From positions 156,612,001 through 156,676,000 of the forward strand of contig OZ320313.1 of assembly GCA_976226885.1 (NCBI GenBank): DNA of 64,000 nt, read 5' to 3'. The stretch comes from Iphione sp. A-MEVVRFRX5 (Eukaryota). Positions within the stretch are counted from its first letter, which is position 1. Each line of letters opens with the position of its first letter. Below are positions 14,369-28,119 of this stretch, piece by piece. Both the position numbers and the translations under genes were made by a program. The notes beneath the pieces are model-generated. The model ran no database searches, was not told where the DNA came from, and saw only the letters and a program-made list of their open reading frames with translations.

Positions 14369-14721
14369 GGCCCCTCATAAAATAGGTGTGTTTCTGGTGG
14401 ACCACCCCTAGCTGGTAAAATCTCACCCTACCTTTTGGGCCCCAAAGAGTTTGCAAGGCTAAATTTCCTTAGACACATATTTTAACAGGACATGCTTTTG
14501 GTAAATTCAATAGAAAAACAATAAAATCCATGGAAATTTAGTAAAAAAAAAGACTGTAAAACTCATGCAAATTGGTCAAAATTCGTCCTATTGTCTTTAT
14601 TATTATTATTGAAGACCAGAGGAAGAAATTGGGAAAAAAGTTTAAATAAATAAAAAGATACCCTCTCCCTACCTAGGATTTTGGCTGGTTGTAACCAGAA
14701 ACACACCTATTTTTCCTGGCC
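14369..14721 (+). mobile_element. MITE, family A copy 2 (353 bp)
   Basis: Colinear with 5523-5874 along its length (shared AGGTGTGTTTCTGG, GGCCCCAAAGAGTTT, AAAATCCATGGAAATT, CCCTACCTAGG, ACCAGAAACACACCT). Flanks are TTA/CTA, a degenerate TSD. Confidence 0.88.
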
Positions 14722-17700
14722 CTATAATGTGTACTTGTATCTGTGTATGTGAGGAAAAATAAGGTCCCACAAGTAAACTGCCAGGCTAAAAATACGTCAT
14801 CCACCAAACCTGATTGGCCATTCCTCTTGCTCCACCACAACCTGGTTTTACACCCGAACAATGCATGTCCCATGCAAATATATACATTTAGATATACGTA
14901 TGCACATGGATAACCTGCCTCCAGTTGCACCTATGTTCTGTTTGTATGTCCGTGTATGAGCCGGCACGAAGGAACTAGCCGACACTAAAGGGAAAATCGA
15001 TGTCTGCATGCATATTCAGTCGCCAGATCCATAGAAGCGAGCCAATCAGTGTGATTTATGACTCCCAGAACCAATACTATTCCAATAAGCTACGAAAAGG
15101 CCATATCTCTTGGAATGTTTCACAAAGAAATATCCAAGATACTCATTCAATCATGTAAATCTTGCGATATTTTGTCCAGAAGGCCCGGAAGGAGGTGCGG
15201 ATGGATGGAAGTTAGAGGTGGGACAATCATATTCTTAAGGTTTCCTGTCTTTAATATGGAAAGATATTGAGAGGGCATGAGCAAGCAGTTGTAAATTGTC
15301 TGCGATAGCTGTGTAAAGCTGTGTTCAAAGTTGGCTGAATCTGAGAAAAAATGGTGCAATTTATGTAGATTGTGCCTTTTGCACCTCCATGCATACAGAG
15401 ATTCAAATAGAAGCATACCCACATGGTCTGCCTCTCTCACCCCCGCCCCAAAAAAGTCTGTCCGCATGGGTCGTATTTATCTGCATATCCCCAATAGCAT
15501 GAGCTATTCTTGCATTATGCACTTCATGTTATGTATACATATATCTGTATATGTCATTGTGTATCACTCTTTAGCCTTCGGGGTTTGGTATGCTCACCTC
15601 AAGCAAACGTCTGAATTGAGACCTAGAGTATATCTCATGAGATATGAGAGTACATTCAAGTCCCAATCTAAAACCGCTTGAGTTGTCGAATTAAATAGCA
15701 CGTTATTTTGGACCGAGAGAGAATTCTAAGAGAATTTTGTGTGTACAGATGGTTAAACAGCTGTAATGTTTAAGCACCTGTGAATTGTATTTATCTGAAG
15801 TCGGCGATTTGAGAAAAAAAGGTGCAGTGGGGAAACAACTTTATCCACGTAGCAAGGGTCAACGTCTTCTCTATTGCTGTACTAAACGCAAGGTGCCATT
15901 CGCACCGATATCCTTGCCCGCTTTTTAGAACCAGTGAGATACGTTCCCCATCTTCTTGATTGAGGTTCTTCAGGATGAGCACTTCTTGTGTTTACTCTGC
16001 GGTATATCGTTAGAGTGCGGAGGCGTTTCATTCTTCGGTGGCTTTACGTGACTTGAAAATGCTTCATCGCTTTCATCTGGCGCGGGTCTGCCCCTTTTTA
16101 GGCGCCCAGCTGCGAGAAGCTGAGACGCACGCGGTGTGTTCCCGCCCGTACCTAATCACTACCCGTGATTTTAGAGCCATTATCCGAAATTTATGGCAGT
16201 ATCTGTCCGGTGACCGCGGAGGGTCTGCGAGTTTGTGCTTCCTGCACTGAATGTTTTGCCTGGCCATTCCAGGCATTGATATCGACCTCCGGTATACTAT
16301 TCCTTCGTCAGTTCCATCTACGGCCAAATACTAGTCCCCCCCCCCCCTGGTGGCTGGTTTCTTAAATTTACAGACATGGTTCAAAGTTGGCTATGGGTAC
16401 AGAAATCATATTGGGCATTGTACGTAATGACAGCTGTTAGCCATAAACCATTCAAGAGGAAACTGACTATTCCTTCGATATTGTTAGAGACATTAGGTTC
16501 ATTCCGAATGTGGACTTGAAGAACATCGCATCACTCATGTATAGATATTAGAGACTGTAAGAGGTCACCATCCTTTGCAATTCACATGTAAGATAATACC
16601 AAACGGACCACAGTGAAGTTTTAAATAAAGTATTAAATGACACACTAAAAACATGTCTGCTTTTACTGTAATAAAATATATATCGTTGATACTTGTTTGA
16701 TCGTTTTTCGTGTAGTATAAGTCTCATCAGTATTATCTGATTGGTGCGATATCTAACACCCTGTTTCCTTTTATGCAGAGGATGGGAAAGACAAATACAT
16801 ACAAATAATACTTAAAATACAAATAGTGGTTCACCATAACTAAAATGACAGAGAATTTCGATTCCTGGCAATCATTCCTGGCAATTCAGATTGTCCACAC
16901 TGGTGTGTTCCTTTCATTCGTTGTAGCCAGGTTCTCACGTCGTGTTCCTTTTTCCAATTGGGATGTTTGTTTACGAGAACGCCTGATATCACTTCAGGGG
17001 GATATTACCATCACTAAAAATTTGAAATCAGTATTGCCATATCAATGTTGTGATATCGCTGTAAACCCATGAATGAAGTATACCATGTTCTCTTCCGTAC
17101 TCACGTGTGAATGTCTTCATGTTCATTCTATACTGCTCCTCCGTCCAGTTTATGGTTCATCATTTTCCTTTCCATGCCGATCTCTTGTCGGTTTTTTTAC
17201 GAATAGATTTACAGTTCATTTTATGTTTTGCGGAATGTCATAACTGTTAATGGTCTGTAAAGGAGGGCGCGATTGGCGTTATCAAAGGTTAAACCCAAAA
17301 CAGTTCAGTAGACTACAAAATCCAGGAACTGTTTTCCTTTTATTTATATGTTTATATACCCCAACTATAGCAGCAGACCTTAAATATTGATGCTGTTTTC
17401 AAGAGAAAATAGCCCTGCTTTTCATAGATTCCTTTTACCTGCAAACTCGACAGACTACCATTGTAGACACAACTTCCCGGAAAGCGGTGGAGGTATCACG
17501 CTATCTCTCTCCATAACATGGGGCTGTTGGAATTTTAACCCCAGCGGATCAGAATTCAATTTCGGGGGATTAGCACTTATGCGGTATTCAGATGCATTCG
17601 TACAAAAAAGACATCAAATGTACATGTATATGAACTACTATTCATTTTTGAGGTGACATCAGATGGCGAACGATCAATTCAATGATAACTGAAGATTACA

Positions 17701-20356
17701 TTACTTTATTTAAAGGCTTTATGCAGGTGAATAACCTCGATAAGCTAGCCTCACAGATATTCAAGGCATTTTTCTGCCATTTCCACGTTTAATCTAAGGA
17801 AATGTCGGTCAGAACAGGAATAGAAGTAATACTGAAAGGCCTCTTCAGGCAATGAATGGCCATGACATGCCAGCAGGCATGACATCGGACGACGCCATTG
17901 GCCAGTCGACAGGGCCCTCACGCAAGAAGCCACTCCATCTAGTGGCTGCCAGATGAAGCTTGGCCTGGTCCTCCAGCTCATTCCCCTGTTATGGCCTTCC
18001 CCTCTTTTCTCATGCCCCGTGCCTCCGCAAGGGGTACCCACGCATGCTTCCACCAACCCTTTCACACCTGCTTTGGTTATCAATTAGCATTAGCAGCAGA
18101 GCCTCTGGCTCAGAAGGAGGCCAGACCACTGAGATTAGGTGCGTTAATCGGGACCATTATTACTACGTGAAAGCGTGCAAGATGAATAATGAAACATTTT
18201 CTGCGCAACAATTTTCACCCTAGCTATAGAAATGGGGCTTTTCAATTATGTATTTGTCACTGCAGTGTCATTCAAGCAATAATATGCTGGGTGTTTTTCG
18301 TCGAGTATTGATTGAAGACTTTATTTCGGTCTTTGGTGTGCCAAAAGATCAATACAGCCAATTTCTTTACTTCAATCTGCAGAAAATTTCGATAACGTTA
18401 AGAAGGGGGTCAATTTCAATAATTGACTTCTTAGGGTGTAATGATTTGATGCTGTCAATGTTCGAGATTTCATTGGCAGCACTTATCAGGACAACATCTT
18501 CAGACGAGTGTGACACACACAATGTCCAGGTTTATGCGTCACTAATTAAGTTGGGATTCTCCTGAGAAAACAGTAGGAAATTTACGTAATATCTTGAAAG
18601 GACCATCGCAAGTATTCAATCACTGTTTCTCTGTGCTTCGGATAACGATCAAAGAGGATCCCCTACTTACCCACGAGCCTGTCAAGTAAAAACATTCTCG
18701 CTCACCTCATGCCAGTGCGGTGGATAGTGATTGGATGTTTTTACGGTCGATGGGTAATAAACTCTCCCATATCTTTTCATTAGCTGGCTCGGCGGTCTAA
18801 CCAGCAAAAAAGCATTATCACTTATTTTAGAAAATGACTGATCTCATGTAAATGCAGATAAAGGATTGTTCCCTTCGTGAATATTAAGACAGGTCGTCTT
18901 TTAATGTAGAAGTTACTTTGGGGGATGCTCGCCCACACACCAGCATTTCAGAGAGCCGGTATCGCAACGATAATGATGTCACTGTCGGCCCAACAGGTGG
19001 TGCTAATGTCGTTAGCAGCCCTAGTGGATATCACCAGGCCTGAAAACCGTAAAACCTTTTAAGAGATTGTGATAATCTAATAATAAAAAATCGCTTCATT
19101 TGTATTTTGCGATGAGAGCACTAGGCTAGCTCGTTCTGAGGATTCCCTATCTTCCCCTACGGATTTACATGGGCTCTCCAAAAGGACTTCCGTGCTTTTA
19201 GACGTACTCGCCCACCTATCGGCTGCCGACGGGGGGAACTCATCTTGATATGGGCTGTTCGGGCTCGCCGGAAGGAATTGGGAGGTCTGCTGAAAGGCAT
19301 TATGATTCGTCTTTCTAACTATCCGTCACATGGTGTTAATAACATCTTCCATGTTATCCGGGAATTATGGGACACGCGAGGTGGAAGTGGGAATCGTATG
19401 CTACTCTTGAACGGCTTCTCAGGGATGAAGAAACCTTCGCTGTGCGGCATCCATCTTTTTTGTTTTAAGCTATTATGATAAAGAATATAATATCCTTGTA
19501 TATAAACCTGAATGCACGTTGCATTTACATACAATTATGTGCAAATATATACATATATTGTATATATATATTCAGAGGAAGGAAGGTGGCATGTGATACG
19601 TCTGTATCCCATTGGGTTTCGATCTAGTATACGCTCGCGTATAGAGAAGCTTCACTCGATAAACTATATCAGCCACATCTGGATAAAAGTTCATAGAAAG
19701 GAGGAAGGATACTGTTAAAATAATGTCTCTATAGAGGTGAGTGGACTTTACTATGCCCTAAATCATCGCATTTTTGATCTTTCGTATAACGACCATTGCT
19801 TCCAGTTGGCTTGATTTGGAATTTGCGCCGATGTTATCGGTGCGCCGCCCTATATACCAGCGGACAGTCCTCAGCCTGCAGTTACTTGCAGCTTGATTAG
19901 GTAGTCTGACTAGAAAGCGAGCACGGATACGTTCCGGTCAGGTGATAGACGTTGTCAGTACACTGGCGTTGCCAAAGCACAAGCAATGAAGTGTTCGAAG
20001 ACCGGTGAAGTGGTCCAAAACATGATAGCAAGATTTTCAAGCCGCAAAGATGTGGTATGGAAACACATGGGCCATGAAAACATTCTACGACAAAGAAAAA
20101 ACTCTTTCAATGGGCACAGATCAGATAACAGAAAAATACACATACTAGAAGGAAGGGAAACATCTCTCAGATTTGGTATAGACCCAGATAGCATGTAGAG
20201 ATAACAACCTATGGCGTGCAAGAATCACCGGGTCAGATTTTGTGCTATACACAACATTAAATGTCAGAAAGCTGAGTGTTAGATAATCAGGATGTTAATT
20301 ACATGTGTATGTGCTTGTATATACTAACATCTATTCCATTGCTTTGCTAGCCCTGC

Positions 20357-21258
20357 CACTGATAATCTGAGGTGCACAAAACTTAGTCATTCCTGACTAA
20401 TGTGGGATGGTTTTGATCAAAGTAGTCATACTGACTAACATATTAGTCAGATATTAGTCACTATTGACAAAGCTTTTAGTACCTATATAAAGTTTTCCAG
20501 TAGAGCTCTCCTACACAAAGATAAATAAATCCATTTCCGGAAACCCCATCATGGATGACTGTTGGTGTCTCCTTCATCTCTCATTGCAAACATCAGAATA
20601 CCCATTCCTGGATGACAGAGAATATAAATTAGAAGGACTAGGATGGAGAAGAAAGGATGCTTGAAGAATCACATCTTAAGAGGACCTGATTTTTATGAAA
20701 AAAAACAGGAAAGTCAGCAGTGAACTGGGAGTGATTTTTGGCACCTATTTTCATCAATATGGTCAATTTTAAAGCACAAACAAGGCAAGGAGTCCTTCAA
20801 ATGTAAGTATTTTGAGTAATTATACATAAACAGCTTTACTTGTGCAATGATGATGTGTTCTCTGTAAAACAAAATCGTTTCTGACCAATTCAAGTCACAC
20901 TTTATTAGATTAATCAGATTGACTAATGTGTGACTAAGACATTGGGCAACAAAGACTAATGTCTCTTAGTAAAACAGACTAATAGATTAGTCAGAAAATT
21001 CCTAGAAATGCAAATTTTGTTAGTTATAATGACTAACTTAAATATTTGTTTGAACATCTCAGATTAGTCATTTTGATCTATATGCTTAGTCATTTTGACT
21101 AACCTGAAGTACAAATTCCTGGAAATTTGATGACTAATGTTCTTAGTTAAATAAGACTAATATGACTAACTTGCCTTGGGTCACTTTTGGCACTGTCGTT
21201 TTGACCTAAGAATGTTAGTCACTGATGACTAAGATTTCAAGGCCTGAGATTATCAGTG
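20357..21258. mobile_element. Non-autonomous TIR element with CACTG...CAGTG ends (EnSpm/CACTA-like, about 900 bp)
   Basis: TIRs CACTGATAATCTGAGG / CCTGAGATTATCAGTG (one mismatch in 16). 16 exact TTAGTCA/TGACTAA heptamers lie towards the two ends. No clear TSD seen. Confidence 0.75.
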
Positions 21259-21953
21259 TGGTAAGACCGAGGCAGGAGCAATTCTGAGAAAGCTTCCTGT
21301 CTAAGGGGGTGCACAGCAATGAAATTCCTTGCCGGTTACCTCCTTGGGGTTGTCAAGGAGTCAGCTGAAATCGCATTTGAAAAGACACGTGCAGAATTGT
21401 GTGTGAGGCTGCATCATGGTCAGATTGAGAGTGCGTTAGGGAGAGTAACGTATGCTCTAATATACCACTATAGACGGTTATGATTTATTAATAATGCGCC
21501 GTCAATGGTTGCGATATTGAATCCTAAGCTTTCAGCCCACCCAATAAATATGACAGTTTAGGGCTGAGTGCTCATTGAAAATGCATCTTTGTAAGAGATG
21601 AATATTCACTCAATAAACATGTTCAGAGTCAGAGTCAGATTCTTTTTAACTTCTTTTTATGGGGAGGGGGCGGCTGGGAAGAAAACCTTCCACTTTGAGA
21701 TCCAATGATCAGGGGGAGGATATCCAGCGGATTGGGGAAAGCTACCGCCTACTTTGTCCGTGCGCCACCAACGGATGCTGATGTCAGGGCCCCAGGGCTA
21801 GAGGTTGTGAGGGGTGACGATAATTTATGGTGATCGGCCGGCAAGGCTAGGAGACTGCCTTGTCCTCTGTCACTGAGAATGGCCTTTGGTCGCCCCCTTC
21901 CCTCCCTCCCTCCGCCATATTCACTAACCCTGGTCGCCTGCTAACTCCTGCAG

Positions 21954-22048
21954 TCAGGTGTGGCCTGCCATGCAGCGGGCAGGGAAGGGGAACGCCGAAC
22001 CCTGGGGAGTGGACCATACACCTTGAACGCAACATACGTGACTCGGTC
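21954..22048 (+). other. Candidate internal exon
   Basis: Branch-point-like CACTAAC and GCTAAC precede the TCCTGCAG acceptor; donor TC|GTAAGG. Two frames open. No homology recognised. Confidence 0.15.
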
Positions 22049-23196
22049 GTAAGGTAGATGCAATATGCAGCAAAGTAGCCTACGTAAGGGAAAAACAGGA
22101 GTTTAAAAACTACTTACAGGAAGGGTGTTGCTCAAAAGAAAGTGCGTTTGTCTGAAGATGGAGAAGAATGAATACTAAATATAGGCTAAATTAAAAAAAA
22201 AAGTTTTAAGCAAACATATATTTCAATTTGGATGCATACAAAAATGCTGGGTTTGAAGTATATCTCTCAAAATTTAAGAAACAAAACCAATACACATTTC
22301 ATGTGGACCAATGAGACTGGGGAAGGCTGCTTGAACATTATTGGATAATCTGGAACGACATGATACTGATGGCCTCGCTTCGAACCATATATAGAAGGGA
22401 GCAAATAATTCTTTCCCTTTATACTACCTACTTATAGAGTGGCAAATTTAGTTCATGGCATTTTCTAGCTTCAGACTATCTCTTCAAGCAAATTTAAGTC
22501 GCATTCTGTGGAAAAGGTGTGTATTGCTGGGTAAGGTGTGTTGTGAGTTTGTCCAGCAGAGATATAATAATGCTATTATACGGTCTTATAAAAGATCTAG
22601 ATCCTGAACGAGATGGTATCATTTTTGTATTGTGGAGTTTTCCTCTGAAGTCCTGTAAGTCATCTGAAATGTACTGTATATGATAATTATCCTGCACCTA
22701 CTGTGGGTAGCCAAAGTCACAATATGGAAGTGATAAGGAGCTCCTGACCACAAATATATCTAACTTCACATAAGACATTGACGTATAAAATTGTCGGAAT
22801 AATAATCTCCGTCCCCATTTGTATGGTTTAGTCGCCATGCAGTTGCCGGTTGCATGCAGCAGTTTTTCTAGGTTGCGGCAGCATCATAGATCGGCATGCC
22901 GGCGAGAGTCCATATAACGTATGAAAGAGTAACTGGCACGCACTGAATGGGAAACAAGGACTGGCAAACGTGATCAAATACGACATAAGAGAAATATACT
23001 TATGAACAAAAAGAATTCTTTGCGTCCATTAGTATATTACCTAACATCGACATCGCTGATGAAGACAAAATTCGCCCTAGGGAAAGCAAGCACTTTCTTC
23101 ATGCCTACATTGTCTCCACTTTTTGTGTACCGTTTGACGCAGTCCCTCCTGAGCATAGTTGTTCATGATATTGTCAGTAATTCTTCTTTTGTACAG

Positions 23197-23246
23197 AACC
23201 CCATACAGATAGCTGGAACGATGAATTTGATGCTTTGTTGGCGAAG
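23197..23246 (+). other. Candidate 50-nt exon (xPHTDSWNDEFDALLAK)
   Basis: TTCTTCTTTTGTACAG acceptor and AAG|GTAAAT donor. Open in the phase 1 to phase 0 frame. Unrecognised peptide. Confidence 0.2.
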
Positions 23247-24299
23247 GTAAATTTTCTCAATGAAGCGGTATGACAGACATGATGGATCCCCTCTATATCA
23301 GAGGCCCATCCATTGACAATCCAGTGCTATTTCGTATAGCGCTTTCGACACAGAATGGTGCTTCTGCACGCCAATTTTCGGCTGGTACTGTCCGATTCAT
23401 GTTCCTTTTTTGCGTCTACCATATCTAATATATCTATCTCGGCCACAGATCAATACAGTGTTCGAGTGTGGTGGGGGTGTGGCCCATCGCAATGCAAATG
23501 AATCTACAAGCCATAGTCGTCGGCATTAAGTCGTATACGTTTTGGATGGCGTTGGCTTCTTTTGCCCTTCTAGCGATGCGTCTGAGATTCACTAAGAGTG
23601 TCACCAAGAGGCCCTGTCTCTATTCTGTGGGAGGCGCCTCCCCCTCCATCTCTCTTCCATCCTACCGAAGGCTGAGCAGAAGTGTAGGCTGAGGGCTCCT
23701 GAGGACCGGGTCGAGGTCATGATGGAGGCGCCTTCATCCAGACAAACGCCACTCTTCCTCTGACCGGTCTGCCTTTCATGTCCAAGCAAGGATCTAGATG
23801 TGTATTTCTTGCATAGCGTGCGGATTTTATTTTGCTTCTGAGTGGGCCTTCTCTCAGCCCAAGGCTAAACGCTACCCTTACACATCACAAGTGGTTGGAA
23901 GCCGTCGCAGTAGCTCCAGTGGCCAATATTGGCCAGGAACATCCAATGCTTATGGCATGACGGGACACGGAGGAACGGCTCATCTGTTACGTTTTCCCTC
24001 TGCTTTGATGTTTCCTTTTCTGGTACTGCTGAAGTGCTCCCCTTCTCACTGCTCCACTCGGCTTACTCCTCTCCTGTCTATTACAACATTTCTCTTCGCC
24101 AGTTTTTGATCTTTTTCCTTCCTTCCTATATATGTACAGTTCACAGAAGTTAAAACAATGCTGTACATAATAGACAGAGTACCATGTCACTTCCGGCATC
24201 ATTGTTATTTCGGCACATCAAGCAGGTGCTCTAGCACTCCGGACTCTGGCCTCTGGTACTCCAGGGTTCCAGACTCCAGTTCCTGAAGAGAATTGTGTA

Positions 24300-24643
24300 A
24301 TTATTTCATTTTATTGTATTTTTAACCAGGAACTACATATTCTCTACCACATGACAGAGCTCTTCCATATCCTCCGGGGTAGCATACTACCATCTATTGT
24401 TGAGAATTGAGAGACCAGAATACCCGGAGTTATCCCCTACTCTTATTTCGAATAGGTTTCTGGGATCTTTTTGTACATAGGGGACAGAATCCTATACACC
24501 TACAGTCTTGTTATGAGTTCTGGACCACTCTGGGTTGGGGCTACAGTAAATCTGTCTGGTTGTGATCAAGAGTCCCAAGCCCGGGATTTAACCTGGGACC
24601 TCTCAATCAGTGGACCAGTGCTCTACCACTGAGCTAACTCCCC
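24300..24643 (-). mobile_element. tRNA-derived SINE (about 345 bp)
   Basis: Minus strand begins GGGGAGTTAGCTCAGTGGTAGAGCACTGGTCC...GTCCCAGGTTAAATCCCGGC, giving a Pol III A box (TAGCTCAGTGG) and a degenerate B box (GGTTAAATCC). A unique body and A-rich tail follow. No proper acceptor stem, so not a functional tRNA. The 3' boundary is approximate. Confidence 0.82.
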
Positions 24644-27617
24644 ACCCATTATGATTGTGAAACATCTTAGCATTCTTGTGAAAGCTTTTAGGATATTGAC
24701 TATATACAAGGAAGATTAGACAGTTGAATAAACAAATACCCATACACCCTGACATTGTGTACGTTGACTACATCAACTGTTTTTCATGGACCTTCTTTAT
24801 TTCAAATTTAACAAATTAGATACTGACATACTCTCTACTGAGATAACATTACAATATGTTGATGTTAATGAGGAATAGTTCTAATGATGCAATCACAATG
24901 TTTTGATGACGGATGTTTTTAGTTCATCTGCTGTCTTTCCTGCCTGCTTCTCTATCAGGGCATCCACATATCTTTTCCTTCTTCTATAAAGTTTCTGGCT
25001 TACTAATTCTCTCTCGTCTCACCATTCCATCAGGGTCCTACAGCCCTCTCTACCTCTAAAGAGCCGTGCCTCTATCTAAGTGTTATTCTTCGGATTCCAA
25101 TACTTCATGTACATCATAATTCGCCGGTGTATAGGCGAGGGGGGAAGGGCTTACACTGGCACTCTAGTCCGGTTCTTTATAGGACGTTGCTACTGCCTCG
25201 ACGTAGGCGATTCAAATAGTGTTGTATAGAGCAGGGGTGAACCAACTGTATAGTGAGTAGTGATGAATTGAGGAAAGCTTCCTTGTACAGCGCACCAAGG
25301 CCATAACTCATTCGGAGATTGGCTTTCTTTTGCAATCCAGGATGGAAAGCTTAGAAAGCTTATTTCTTAGGGAGACGCATGCAGTTGCTCCCGTGTCGGC
25401 ACCTGCATATAAACCTTACACGTTGTGTTCTGTCTTTTCATGGTATCAGTCGTTAATAAACAACGCCTGTTATGTGGTAGAGAAGATTGGTTTTCAGATG
25501 CAATACTTAGAAGTTGCTCTATATCCTATGTCAGTAGAAATATTGAACAAATGTGAAAGGCGGCATTAAATATGCTATCCACGAGACACGTTACGTGTAA
25601 CATGCATAAAATATGGGACCCGATAGTTCTTCAGATAGTCAAAGATGTTAGCGCGACTGTCTGGCTGTATCTCACGACGTTGGTGCTTTTGGTAATCTTG
25701 CTGTTATTTTTCTAAAGTCCCAAGCTTGACAACGTAACTTCAGACTTTGTGTATTGACTTCAGGTCAGTGATGAAAACCATATTGCTATGACAATATACC
25801 TTACATCATAAGCAGTATGCAGTTATCTAGAGTGAAGAGATGATAGATTATATTCGATGAATTTATCTTGAAAACCAATTAATATTGCATATATCTAAAG
25901 AGCCACCAAGTCCAATCGTAACTTTAGGGTAAATGACAAAAAGCTTTCAATCAATTTACGACAGATACAATATTAATACCCGAAATGCTCAACCAACAAA
26001 AGCTGTACTCACCTTGTACCTAACCGAAGAGAATCATATAGAAAAAGAAGGAAATTAAAAAATACCCAAGGGCACACCTTCTAACTACAAAAGCAATTCT
26101 ACCGGAAAAAATAGAAATAGAGACATCTCTTCATCTGAATTCAATGCAACATAGGTAGTGACAATAAGAGACATAATGATAGGTGCCAACAAATGAAGCC
26201 ATTCATTCAATACAATTAAAGACCATTGATAATGCTGGCGCATGAAATGCTAATAGTCGAAATGTGTGGTGGATATAATGGTGGCTACAATCTCAGACAT
26301 GTCCCTGTATATTACAAATAATATCGAAAATTCAAGTAAATGATCACAAAGAAGTCAAGATTTTACTTTATATTGTGGATATATAAATAAGAATCCTTGC
26401 ATTTTTCTACACTCTTGCCAAAAGCATTTTATTGACATAAGATAAATGCCTATTTGACACCTATATTACAGGAAAACAAAAACATATGACATTTGAAGTC
26501 GGAAATAAAGTTTAAATAAAACACTGATTCTCAAAAATGTCAATATTTAAAATAGTTTATATTTCCATACACATATATATATCACGAGGTAGGCGTAGGT
26601 GCAGTTCAATATTACGACTTATTGTGTAGAGCTTTGGAGTGCTTTCAGTTGCAAATACACGCGGTAGAAGCGGCACTACTTACGGTGTACCTACCTGAAT
26701 AACAGAGATAGCTCATAGGCATGGCGAGACTGAAAGGTTTAAAATGTGGCCGAACTGTCGCTGACGTGAACTTTAACGATAAATTGGAACTGGCAGGAGC
26801 TTGCTTCATCTTCATTCAACATTAAGAGTACGTTCAATATACACTGTCAGCTCTGTGTTTATAGAAAACGTTTGAGAGTGCCTTACTTCAAAACATCTGT
26901 AATTGTGACAGGTTCTTGTTTGGATGTGACAAGCAGTTCCTTTGACCTTTGGCGATCAGATGCATCATCAGAAGATATCCTCCTCATTACGGACACTCGG
27001 GCATGCCAAGTGAAGCCGTATAAGAAGAGACGAGAGGGCTCAGAGGCATATTCTAAGATTCAGACCTATCCAAAGTCCATACTGGAGTGTTTAGACGTTC
27101 AATCTGGTGCAGGATGGATAGTATGTACCACTTTGAATCGAGCAGCAATACACAGGTTTACCTCGTTATACGAATCCTCAGAGAACGAAGTTTCCTCACA
27201 ACAAAATTGTGATTTACAGTAAAAAGAATTTTAATCTCATATCATATGTGATCATTCTTCAATTCTGATAAATAATGCTTCTGTAAACGAAGTTTTGATA
27301 ACAAAGTGACGTTCTGGAACATATCTGCTTCGTTACGAGAGGCAAACCTGTACCCGCTTATTTACTTTTGCATAAGATACCTGATAAAATACGGAGCGTA
27401 GAAATGGGCTGGTCACTCTTCCTCACATCTGACCATGATTAAGTTATTTTCTAAAATATTGTGTTACTAATATCATACATACTGTATATGAAAAATACAT
27501 ATGCAGACAATTCTCCAAACCGAACGCTAAAAAATTGAAATACCCCAAATCCAAACAGATTTTACTGAACAAACTATATCTCACTGTTAAGGTACTCACT
27601 CATATAATCAAATATTT

Positions 27618-27816
27618 ATACCCCAAATCCGCATGTTTTTGGAAGAATGTGGCTGGTTTGGGTTGGTTTGTTGCCAACTTTGCCTGAGTTTGCTGTTTTT
27701 CAGCGAACACTGCCTGCATTTTTGCCATTTTGAGGCTGATTTTGCCTCGAATTTGCTTTTTTTTGGCTGAGTTTGCCAAAATTTTTCTGTTTTCTGGCTG
27801 AATTTGCCTCTGATCA
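27618..27816. mobile_element. Probable degenerate DNA-transposon internal fragment
   Basis: Strongly T/G-skewed segment built of TTTGCC/TTTTGGCTG subrepeats, with sharp compositional edges. No termini identified. Confidence 0.3.
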
Positions 27817-27946
27817 CACCTTAGGCAATGAAAGATGGACGGAAAAGTGGTCTTGGGTCACAATTTAGAATCTAAATAATCTGAAATTGGAACAACCTTC
27901 ACTGCAACAACTAATGTTCCAATATTGAGTTTCGACCGTGTGTTTG

Positions 27947-28119
27947 CAGTGGAACCTCTCTATTAAGGACAGCATCTATTAAGGACATCCAATATTATGT
28001 ACAGGGTAGAAACAGAACTATATCTTTATGATCATCTTTAAACCCTTCTGCTATTAAGGACATTTTATGTACAATGTTTTATCAGTCCCTTTGATTGTTG
28101 TTGTAGAGAGGTTTCACTG
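27947..28119. mobile_element. Tc1/mariner-type MITE (173 bp)
   Basis: TIRs CAGTGGAACCTCTCTA / TAGAGAGGTTTCACTG (one mismatch). Internal CTATTAAGGACA x3. TA on the right flank and TG on the left (degenerate TSD). Confidence 0.8.

Noticed and set aside
24575-24643. Possible tRNA gene
   Set aside because: The B box is mutated, there is no complementary acceptor stem, and it continues into a SINE-like body; called a SINE head instead.
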